Of a DNA stretch of 29,306 bases, positions 10,583-21,906 are shown piece after piece (position 1 is the stretch's first letter; every line of letters starts with the position of its first letter). The stretch is taken from positions 1-29,306 of the forward strand of contig CDMY01000695.1 in assembly GCA_001179505.1 (NCBI GenBank), read 5' to 3'. The notes beneath the pieces are model-generated. The model saw only the letters and a program-made list of their open reading frames with translations, was not told where the DNA came from and did not search any database. Source of the stretch: Vitrella brassicaformis CCMP3155 (Eukaryota > Protista > Chromerida). The position numbers and the translations under genes are program-made.

Positions 10583-13500
10583 TCACCTCACCGGACGTAC
10601 TTGCGTAACAGAGGCCGAAACTGCATGCCAAGGGTCTGCACCAAGCACACAAGCAAGACGATGAATGCTCCTCTCTCTCTCTCTCTGTGCGTGTGATCGC
10701 CCGAGCGAGGTACCGTACCTTAGCACCGATTCGGCATAGTTGGCAGCTTGGGCAGAGTTTGCCGGCGAACTCGGCCTTGACGACGGTGCCGCAGTAGGGG
10801 CAGCGAGCGGTGCCGGCACCCGACGGGATCACCGTCAGAGACTCGGCACATATCGTGGTGTTCTCTGCATCACGTCACGTCACACACAGAGACACAGACA
10901 CAGACGCACGGCGTTAAATACTGATTGGGTGTGGTTGGTGGGGTTACTGACTGACTGACTGACTGACCCCATTCGTTGGGATCGTAGTTGATGTTGTGGG
11001 CGTCGGAGGCCTTCTGCTCGCACACTGCCAGACACTTGCTCGCCTGCATAGAATAGACCACACCACACACACTCAACAGATATCTATCGGTCAGTTTGTC
11101 TGTCTGTCTGTCTTGCCACGTTGAGGAAACAAATTGTGTGCCGACCGACCTGTTCGACGGCCTCCCTGACGCTCCGCTGGCCGGCCATGTTGCCCTGGAT
11201 GATGCGCTTCGCAAACTGATAATGCGCAGATGGAGGGATAGATAGATGGATGGATGGATGGCCAACCGACCAATCGGATCACACACACAGAGACAGAAGC
11301 GCATGAGTGGGCCAGTCAGTCCTATTGCGTGAGCATCGCGTGTGTGTCTGTACCGATGCGGCCGTGATGAAGTTTTGCGCCCTGAATGCGGTGGTCATAG
11401 CCATGCGGACGGCCAGCAGCAAGTGCGCCGGCTGCATCTTGCAAGTCGTCAGGTAAGACGCCAGCTCGACACCTGCACACTCACACACGCATACAAACGT
11501 ACTTACATGATGGGGTGTGTGTCGGTCGTGTGGGTAAGGTCGTGGGTAAGGTCCTCTCTCAGCTTGCTTACTTCTCGCAGCTTGGTTTTGCGGGAGGTCT
11601 TTCCTCGTGACTTCGATCTTCATGGCCTTGACGTACTCGCGGCATATCTCTATCGACTCGTTCAACTGATATCGGATACGCACACACACACACACACACA
11701 CACAGAGGGAGAGGGAGAGGGAGAGGGAGAGAGTGCACGGCGTGGGTGCCAACCCACCCACCCACCCACCACCCACCCACCTGTGCCTCTTCCTCGTCGT
11801 TGGTAGCCGTGACGAGAGGGATGGTCTGCAGCACCCCACGGAAGGCCTGCAACGCCTCTCCAAACTTGCCTGCAGTACAACACACATTCTCGCCGAACGG
11901 CCATAAGCACACAGACAGAGACACGGCGTCGCCTCCCTCCCTCCCTCCCTCCGCACCTTGTGTGGTGAGTTTGTTGGCGTCTCTGAGCATCTCGAGCAGC
12001 CCCGGTGGCGTGAACAGGTGCACAGGCACGTCATTCTTCTCTTTCAAAGTGCCGCTCGCCAGCAGAGGAAATGCCATCGACGGCGTGTGCGGCAGTCCTG
12101 GCAGGTAGCACCACGTTGCCTACACCCACACCACACAAACACACAGACACAGACACACACGTGCAGGTGGCCAGGCGTGTCTGTGTGTGTGTGTGTGTGT
12201 TTGTGTGTGTGTTTGGGGGACTGACCTGGTATGCCTGTAGGAAGAGTGGCTGCAGCGGGTCGGCGTTGATGAGTCCGATGCGCTTGCGCAGCATCTCGAG
12301 AGCTGCCTCGAAGTCACCTGGCATGACCCACAGACACACAGGCATGTGCAGTTCCCTCCCTCCTTCTGCGGGCAAAGGAACACCCCCCACCCCATCCCAC
12401 CTGCTGCGACGAGGTCGGGCACCATGGGCTGCTCACGCACCCATCTACACGATGTAGACACACACCGACTCATCTCAGACGCACCACGATGATGGCACGG
12501 CATGGACCTATCGGTGTTGTCTGTCTTTCTCCCCCTCTGCATGGCATGCTCACCGTTGCTGCGGCCTTTCTCCTCTGCTGACGAATCGGCCGGCGGCCGC
12601 TGCCGGCGCCGCTGCAGCAGGGGCTGCTGCGGCTATAAAGACAGACACATATGCACAGCAGCAAAACACTCACTCGTCGCCTGACTGCGTGTGGGTGTTT
12701 TCAGCTGATTGCGGGCACACCTGCGCCAGTGGGTGTGGTTTCGATGGTGCCGAAGTCGAGGTCATCGCCGCCCCAACCACCGCCAGGTGCCTGATGGACA
12801 TGCCACACACACACACACACACACACTCGTCCATCTCTGCTGCTGAGTTGTGTCGTGTCGTGTTGTGTCGTGTTGTGTTGTGTGGCTGAGCAGCCCACTC
12901 ACTCACCGCGGCGTCTCCCAGTGCAGCATCGAAGTCGCCCATCTCGTCTGCCCAACCGCCCTCGCCTAAGAGACGAAGACCAGCCACACACCAGACCCGC
13001 ACCATGGTGTTTGAAGGTGCCCATACGGACGAACGAACAGGTCATGTAACTAACGCGACCCACCTGCCGGCACGCCCGTGGCGTCCTCAAAAGCCATCTC
13101 CTCCTCAATGCCTTCTGGACACACACACACACACACACACATACGGTTTCACGACTGCAAGTGCATTGCTTTGCCCATTTGCGAGCGAAGGTGCACGGAC
13201 CTGCTTGTGGTCCGTTTTGCTGGTCGGTGACGTTGGCTGCGGTGGTGAGTGCGTTCTCGAATATGTGCTTTGCCGAGCTCAGCAACGGCCAGTTGGTCGC
13301 CTCTGTGTGGGCACGGCACGGCACAGAAAGAGAGAGGCACATATGAGAAAGTTGTGTGTGTGTGTGTGTGTGTTTGGGGAGTGGGAGTGGGAGGGGGAGA
13401 CCACTGTCGGTTTGTCTGATGAGTGGGAAGGGTGGGATGAGCAGCTTTGGGCTGGCGGGCATGATCGAGTCGAAGTCCACACCCTGAACCGCCTCCTCCA

Positions 13501-14535
13501 GCGCCTGCACACAACACATGTCATTCATGTGTGTTAATCAGATGATCGATCTGTGTCTGTCGTGCGTGTCCTTTGGCCCCCAGATACGTTAGTTAGGTAA
13601 CGTACCTGTGAGTACTCTGTGAGTCCGTGTGTCTTGGCTGTGAGTGCCGCCAGGGGGGTCTGCCCCACCTCTGCCAAGATCTTGACGCGCTCAGCCACAT
13701 CGCCCAACATCAGAGCTGCACCGCACCCACCATCACCACACACACACACACACATACAGACAAAGCTGCGTTTCTCTGCTGCAGGTGCATATGTGTGTGT
13801 GTGTGGCCGGACCATTATGGAATCGCGACATGACGTCGCCCCTCATTTCGGCGATCTTGAGCATCTTGCGCAGCTTGGCGATGTTGCCTGCAGTGCGGGC
13901 AGCCAGGAAGGAACACATAAAGGCGTGATTTACAGCGAATAGCACTCATTGGAAGGGGGCACATGCCCCGCCAGGCGTGTGTTGGTGCAGAAGATGCAGA
14001 GCAGACAGACATACCAGTGATGAGGTAGAGGAAGGAGAGGCGCTCGAAGTTCTTGGTGCGCTGATAGACCTGCACGATGGATGCAGACCAGACAGACAGA
14101 CACCACACACCCCACACACACCAGGCACAGAACATGGTATGACAACGGGCGTGTGTGTCTGTCGTGTAGCGGTGGTGGTGGTAGGTTACTTACCATTTCG
14201 ACAATCTGGTGGTTACCCTGACGCAGCGCCTCCACACCAAGACGTGTCCAACAAGCCTGCAGAAACACACACATACACACGGTGAGGGATGTCTGTCCCT
14301 GTTGTGCTGCCTGCGTTGGTTCCTTGCTTGCCTTCTCGTCGATGATTTGTGCGGAGGCCATGGCTTCTTCGATGTGGCCGAACTCCAAGGCCAAGTTGAA
14401 ACGCGTCCGGGGATCTTCCACAAACTGAGAGATACACACACAACACAGAGAGACATGACAGACACAGACATACAAAGCAAAGCAAAGAAAGGCCTATAGT
14501 GAGTGAATGGACGCACTCGTGTGCGAAAGACGTGG

Positions 14536-14572
<37 letters not shown>

Positions 14573-16729
14573 TTGCGTACACACCTGCAAAGCGACTTCT
14601 GGGTGTCCTTTCCGCTTGAGGTAGCCGATGACAGCATTGCCGCACAGACGTCCTGCAGCCAGCCAGCCATGAATGCGACAAACCAACCACATGTGTGTGT
14701 ATGACTACGTGTGTGTGTGCGTGGGGTCACACAGATGAGTGCGCACCTGTTTTGATGAAAGAAGCGACTTGGTTGAACTGTTTGTGGTGCAGCGCCAGCT
14801 TGAACAAGTACTCGGTGCAATTCAACTTCTGCAGTCACCACACACACACACACACAGACATGAAAGAATGGGTGTGTGAGGCGGTGTGTGGTGTGTGGGT
14901 GTGTGTGCGCGCCTGCTTCTGGACGGTGTGCTCGCGAGTGAGGAAGTAGAGGTGCTGCTTCGCCACCCTACAGACACACACACACACACACCAGGGCACA
15001 CAAGCATCGCATTCACGGCATGGATCCCTGTCTCGGTGTGTGTGTGTGCTCCCTCCCTCCCTCCCTACTTGATGATGTAGATCGGGTCGTTGAGTGAGTG
15101 GATAATGCCGTGGTCGCCGTTCGTCAGGCAGTATTTGACGTGACTCAACGTTGAGTACACAAACACTCCTGCACACAACACAGACACACACGACACACGC
15201 CTCGGTGTGGGTGTGGGTGTGGCTTGGTGTGTGGTGGCTACCGTGTTCGTCCCACGCGCCGCTTTTGATGCGGATGTTTTCGTGCAGCGAGTAGAGGTTC
15301 TCGAGCTTGCTGTCCGCCAGGAGGATGTTGTGCTTGGACAGCAAAGCCACGTGGCTCATCGACGGGGACCATATGATGTACCTAACACACCACACCACAC
15401 CACACCACAGCACCGCACCGCCCAACACACATACACATACCCCTCTCTCTCTCTGTGTGTCTCTCTCTGTCTGTCTGTGTCTGTGTCTGTTTCTGTTTCT
15501 GTGTGTGTGGGCGGATCGGTGGCGCACCTGACTCCTGAAGCGCATGTGACCTCGCCGAGCGTCTTGCGCGTCGTGAGATCGTACAGCAGCACCTGCACAC
15601 ACATCACATATGACACACACACAGACAGACAGACACACAGGCGGCGTGTGTGGTGCGGTGCCACCAACCAGACCGAACCTTTTCCTCGCTCTTGAGAAGG
15701 AGTCTGTTGTTGCCGGCGGGGAAGATGCGGTCGACGGTGCAGGGCGGCTCGATCCGCTTAGACAACTCGTTGGACAAGTTCAAGATCTCGATCCAGCCTG
15801 TGTGGCACAACCCCACACACAGAGAGACCATGTGCGGTGCTGTGCCCGTTGTGTGTGTGTGTGTGTGTGTGTGTACCTGATTTGTCGAGTGTTGCGAAGC
15901 GATTGCGCGCGATGAAGGCAACGGAGCTGGCGGAGCCCTGCCCAATTAACACACACACCAAGACAAGACGGCCAGATGTTTATTTAGGACGTGTGTGTGC
16001 GTGCGGATGTGGTGGCTGTCTTGCTGTTGCTGCAGCTGGCTGACCGTTTTGGTGGGAATGGCGTCTGCCCTGCCAACGGTGTCGACAGGGCATGTGACGA
16101 GGTCGTACGAGCCGCCCTCGGTGTCTTGCTGATGAGTGGATGACGGGCCACGATTGATTCATTGATCCGTAGAGTCGACACACACACACACACACACACA
16201 GCAGACAGGGAGGGAGGGAGGGAGGGAGGGGGGGATGCGTCCAAGAGTAGTCACACACACGGAGGGGAGGTGGATGCGTTTCTCGTCAGGTGACTGACGC
16301 ACGTAGTATACGAGGAGGTTGACTTCTGTCGGGTTGAGCGTGTTGACGTACAGGTATCGCGGGCCTGTGTCTCACACACACAAACAGACGGACAGATGTG
16401 GGGGCGACACACATACAGAGAGGGGAAGGGAGGGAGGGAGCGGCCCACGTGTGTGGTGTGTGTGTGTGTGTGTGTGACAGACCGCTGGCCATGGGGTTTG
16501 GCGGCCTCCGTGCGCTTGTGAGTGAGGTGGACGTGTCGCTCGTCAGGTCATAACGCTGTTTGGCAGTCAGCCATGACACACACCGATACTCTCGTGTGTG
16601 TGTGGGGTGGTGGTCGCGTAGCTGGTTAGTTACCGTCAGGTATCTGTCCTTGATGTAATAAAGATGGTGCCCGTGCACCTGCACACACACACACACACAC
16701 ACCCATCCGCAGGCGATTCATTTTCTCTC

Positions 16730-16760
<31 letters not shown>

Positions 16761-18777
16761 GTCTGTCTGTCTGTCTGTGTGTGTTGATACGTGGCAGGCC
16801 GGCCTCTCCCGGTCCAGCTTGAACACAACCATCCCGCTGTCATGACCTGATACCACCACAACACACACACACACACACACGTCTTTACTCCTGATGGCGA
16901 CGAGAGGTTTCTGGTGCGTGGGTCCGTACCGACAGCAATGAGGTTGGACGATTTGTGTGCGGTGAGGATCCAAAACCGGTCGTTCTCGCGACGGAATGTG
17001 TGGATGCCTGGCAGGCACACACACATTCCGTTCGTCCATAGGCCGATGCACCCACCATTGGGGACAGAGATGTCTCTGCAGGTGAGTGAGGAGCACAGTC
17101 AGTCCACCTGTTCGTTTAGAAGCGTCCCACACACGAATGGTCCGGTCTTCGGAATTGGACAGCACCAGATCCTGAAGGAACGAGTTGCACCATAATAAGT
17201 GGATGGATGGATGGATGGCATCTCCCACGAGGGAGGGACCACCGACAGACATGAATGACGTAGATACATACCTTCTTAGGGTGGAAGAGGACGCACGAGA
17301 CGTTGTTGAAGTGGCCGCGAAGGGTGTCCACCTCCCACGCTTTGGTCTCTGTCCCTCCATTCGGCGGCACACAACACAACACAACACAACACACAACAGA
17401 CAGACAGACAGACGCAAATGAGCACACGGAACCCCATGTGTGTGCGCGTGTGTGACATGTCATGTCCCTCCGTCTGAGTACCTACCGTTCATCCGCCACA
17501 GTTTGATGAGCCTGTCGTCGGCGCCCGACACGATCAGCGGGAGGCTGGGGTGGAACGACGCCCAGTTGACGCCACGGTCGTGACCCTCCAACACATACCT
17601 TCACACACACACACACACACACATGAATGGATGGACACATGGATGGATGGATGTGTGTGGTTTGGTCGACTGACTTGACGACTGCATCACTGGTGCCGAA
17701 CACGTCTGCATGCTGGCTGTGGCTCGGACCTGCACAGACAGCACAGGCCACACCCACCAGACCAGACGGACAGACACAGCACACACAATCAATAGAAAGA
17801 CACGCAATATACGAGTGGGGGTGAGCAGAGGAGAGGCGCGTAGGTGCGTACCGGATCCCGACCCACTGATGGACACGGTCTTCTCGCGCAGACCTGTTCA
17901 CACACACACAAAGACAGACAGACAGACAGACACACAGGCAGACGCAGCGATGTGTGTGTGTGTCTTGGGGAAGACCCATTCCCCCCCCCCCCCCCCCCCN
18001 NNNNNNNNNNNNNNNNNNNNNNNNNNNNNNNNNNNNNNNNNNNNNNNNNNNNNNNNNNNNNNNNNNNNNNNNNNNNNNNNNNNNNNNNNNNNNNNNNNNN
18101 NNNNNNNNNNNNNNNNNNNNNNNNNNNNNNNNNNNNNNNNNNNNNNNNNNNNNNNNNNNNNNNNNNNNNNNNNNNNNNNNNNNNNNNNNNNNNNNNNNNN
18201 NNNNNNNNNNNNNNNNNNNNNNNNNNNNNNNNNNNNNNNNNNNNNNNNNNNNNNNNNNNNNNNNNNNNNNNNNNNNNNNNNNNNNNNNNNNNNNNNNNNC
18301 CCCCCGCCTCGCCTAGCATGCATACCTGATATGTCCCACACGCGCACGGTCTGGTCGAGCGATGCCGACACAACCAGGTCGTCCTTGCGGTGGAACTGCG
18401 CACACATGACGTAGTGGTTGTGGCCCGTCAACACGGCGATGCAGCTGCGGCTCTGCCAATTCCAAATGCGCACTGATTGCAATCAATCACAACACACGCA
18501 TTGCATCGCATACACACACGGGCGAGGCGAGTCGAGTGATCCGCAGCTAGAGAGGTACACACCACACGAACGACACGAACGCACCGGTTTGGTCGTCGCT
18601 GGCTGAGAGTATCCAGGGGTACTCAGGATGAAACTGGACCGTCCTGATGTAGTCGAGGTGGCCCAGCAACGTGAAGATGCAACGACGCTGCTTGTAATTC
18701 CACACCTGATTGACACACACGCACACATACACGACCCAATCAAAAGATCGATCGATGGCATTATTATCTTGCCTTCC

Positions 18778-18808
<31 letters not shown>

Positions 18809-19152
18809 GTGCGAGCGTACTTTGATCTTGTAGTCGTCTCCGCCCGACACGAACAGGGGCTGACTCGGGTGGAAATCCACTCCACGAACCGGACCTGTGC
18901 GACCAGATCAGATGAATGACACACATGCGCAAACACGAGGAGAGAGATCCAGTCTGTCTGTCTGTCTGTTTGTCGCCCGTCCGTGGTATCTGACTGACCC
19001 TCATGTTCATCGAATTTGTCGATGAGTGATCCGATTCTGTAGTCCCAGAGCTGTATGGTGCCGTTGTGCAGCGACGCCAATATCCACGACAGCTTAGGGT
19101 GGAACGACAGACCCTTCACTCGGTTGCTCTTCGTCTCGCACTTGACCAACAT
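10583..19152 (-). CDS. COPA: Coatomer subunit alpha (alpha-COP), about 44 exons
   Basis: Starts [22 protein letters not shown]40 segments [25 protein letters not shown] and [13 protein letters not shown]; ARNRFA; [27 protein letters not shown]; C-terminal CPYCG...[11 protein letters not shown] manual walk gave 44 in-frame exons; stop at 10583-10585 after [15 protein letters not shown]. Confidence 0.98.
14257..14331 (-). other. GC-AG intron in COPA
   Basis: AAG|GCAAGC donor with TTCTGCAG acceptor joins AQIIDEK|ACWTRLG, matching the usual alpha-COP spacing (...ALDDK-NCWEKLG). Confidence 0.85.
14829..14912 (-). other. Probable second GC-AG intron in COPA
   Basis: CAG|GCGCGC donor gives TREHTVQKQ|KLNCTEY, which preserves the usual spacing. 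An upstream GTCCAG donor is also in frame but would delete 4 residues. Confidence 0.55.
18000..18299. other. Assembly gap (300 N) inside a COPA intron, flanked by poly-C runs
   Basis: C19 at 17981-17999 and C6 at 18300-18305 flank the Ns. The flanking exons join as WDISG|LREKT, so no coding sequence appears to be missing. Confidence 0.95.
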
Positions 19153-19608
19153 GATCACTCACCACAGACGACCGAACCAACAGACCAACACCAGATGCCA
19201 GGCAGAGCAGATCAATAAGAGCACGGCAGCTGAGCTGGTGCCGTCAGTCACCCTGACTGACACACACGTGGATGGGCCGGCTCGGCTGCCTGCTGACGAG
19301 AGGTGACGTCACTGCTGCAGCTGCACTGCTCAGATCCCAGCTGGATTTCACAACAGGACGGCCATCTCGACGGCACGGCAGACCGAATGGCGCAAATCGC
19401 AACGCCAACCCACGTGACCTTTGCGCGCTGAGCTTGCAGAGCCGATCGCGGAGGGAGTCCATTCTCCGCAGCGGGGCGTCCATCGGTGCCGGACACACAG
19501 AACAGAGCGAGATCTGGTTGTTTCGGTTGCATATGGTAGCGTCGTTGGCGCGCTGACGTGCGTGTGTTGAGTGGCTGGGGCGTTGGTGCTGAGCTTGTGG
19601 TGTGTGCG

Positions 19609-21906
19609 ATGGGTTCCAACTGCAGCGTGTGTGGCGACGGGCCCAGGCATGGCGAAGCGGCCTACAACGAATACTCACCGGGAGTCGCACAAAACGCGGT
19701 CAGCGACCGAGTGCTGAAGCTGGTCTGTCTGTCCCTCTCTCTCTTCATGTGTGTGTGCTTGTCAATTGCCTTTGTGTGAGTCAGCAGGACCACTCAGCGG
19801 AGGAGGCCCCCTTCACAAACAATGCGGTGAGTCAGTCAGTCAGTCAGGCTCTTCTTTCTGGGTGGGTGATCTGTGCTCTTGCGTGTCGACCGGTGCAGGC
19901 CCTGATGCCCCCCGGCCCGCCCGTCGCACCCACAGGCGTCGACGCAGGTCAGCCACAAGCCTCACCGACTTCCTGACCACCAACTTTCCCCACTCATACA
20001 TATTTGTTTGTGTGCCTCTTGGTTTCCATCTCCCCTCTCTCGCTGCCCCCCTCTCTCTCTCTCTCTCTAACATCTATCTATAGTAGCGCAGAACTCCTCT
20101 CCCCGAGGATACGCCAACGGGCAGCTGTCAGCCCGTACCGAGGGCGGACAGAGCGGGGCCACTTCCACAACTGTCAACTACTTTGAAAGGTAGGTGCGTG
20201 ACGGGTGTGTGCATGTGCATGAGCATGTGTGTGTGTATCGACCGGCGTGTGTGTGTATGTGTGTGTCGATATGTAGGGAGTTGGAGGAGCTTCAGAATTT
20301 GCCCGACGCCGGCAGCGGCAGAGTCGAGTCAAGACCACCCTACAAATTCAACACCGGTGCGGTGGGTGGCCACCTCACTCAGCCAACGACGCTCCTTTCA
20401 ATATCTACGTGTGTGTGTGTGTGTGTGTGTGTGTTGATGTGTGTCATGTAGGTGCGTCTTATGAGGGCGAGTGGAAGGGCAACAAGCGCCACGGATACGG
20501 CAAAATGGAGTGGAGCGACGGGGCCGTCTACGAGGGGGAGTGGGTCGACAACCAGGCGCAAGGTCGGTCACCCAGCCGCACACACACACACACACAGAGG
20601 CAGACACGGAGACATCCATTTTCTGTATGTGTGTGTGTGTGTGTTGTGGCAACCAGGCAAGGGTCGGTTTCTGCACTTTGACGGCGACATCTACATCGGC
20701 GAGTGGCAGGGCAACGTCGCATACGGGTCAGTCAGTGAAAGAGTGAGTGAGACGAGCTCAGCACAGCGCAGCCCAGCAAGCACAGGCACATGCATGCCGT
20801 GGTTGTCCTGATATATGTGATGGTTGGTGCGGTGCAGCAATGGCATCTACTACCACAAGCAGACCACCACATACGAAGGCCAGTGGGTCAACGACGTGCA
20901 GGTAGGTATCTATCTGGCGACCAACCCTCTCACAGATGCGTGGCGTCTAATGCGCACCGCATCTGTGGTGGCATGGCATGGCATGGCATGAGGGGATGTG
21001 ATGTGTGTGCAGGAGGGTTGTGGCGTTGAGACCTGGGGCGAGGGCAGCCGCTATGAGGGTCAGTTTAAGATGGGCAAGAAGGAGGGATACGGCATCTACT
21101 ACTGGGCCGACGGATCAAAGGTACGGACGGTGCCCACGCACACACACCACACACCACACACACACACTCACCGCCGGCCTGCCATGCCACACCATGACTG
21201 CATCCCTTTGTATGTCAGTACCACGGCGAGTGGCGCGCCAACAAGATCAACGGCTACGGCATGTATGTCGGCAAAGACGGTAGGCAAACAAGACAACACA
21301 ACACAACACCAAGCAGAGCAGACAACAGCGTCGTTTCCCCCTGTGTGGCCCATGTGATGTGCCTGTCACTTTGCACACAGGTCGAAAGTTCGACGGCCAG
21401 TGGCGCGGGAGCGTGATGGACGGCATGGGGGTCTACCTCTGGGCCGACGGACGGCGATACGAAGGCCAATACCAAACCGACAAAAAAGACGGGTGAGTGA
21501 GTGAGTGCAGCGACGATCGACACGCAGAACAGCTGGCTGTCTTCACCTGTGTGTGTGTGTGTGTTGATGCCTGCAGCTTTGGCGTGTTCATTTGGGCGGA
21601 CGGGAGGCGGTACGAGGGCTTCTGGAAGGACGGCAAGCAGGACGGACAAGTACGCCCACCATCCCCTCCACAACAAAGACACACACACACTCAGACATGG
21701 AAAGATGCACACACCCCTCTCTCTGTATCTCTCTCTCTCTCTCTCTGTCTCTCTCTCAGGGTCGCTACTACATGAAGAACGGTTCGTCTCGTCTGGCCAG
21801 GTGGGCCGAGGGCCGGCGCATCGAGTGGCTGGGCGACCAGGACCCGCCAGAGAAGGAGAGGCCAGGCGCACCGGCCCCTACAGCCACCGGAGGCACACCC
21901 ACATGA
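19609..21906 (+). CDS. MORN-repeat protein (9 repeats) with a putative N-terminal myristoylation/palmitoylation motif
   Basis: About 13 exons. Repeats YEGEWKGNKRHGYG, YEGEWVDNQAQGKG, YIGEWQGNVAYGNG, YEGQWVNDVQEGCG, YEGQFKMGKKEGYG, YHGEWRANKINGYG, FDGQWRGSVMDGMG, YEGQYQTDKKDGFG and YEGFWKDGKQDGQG. Start MGSNCSVC. The 5' exon junctions are less certain than the repeat region. Confidence 0.9.

Noticed and set aside
18000-18299. Possible missing COPA exon inside the gap
   Set aside because: The flanking exons already join in frame as WDISG-LREKT, matching the conserved WDISGLR sequence.
10583-19158. Many ORF-track proteins rich in HTHT, CVCV, TDRQ and DGWM
   Set aside because: These are translations of intronic (AC)n, (GT)n, (GACA)n and (GGAT)n repeats, not real coding sequence.
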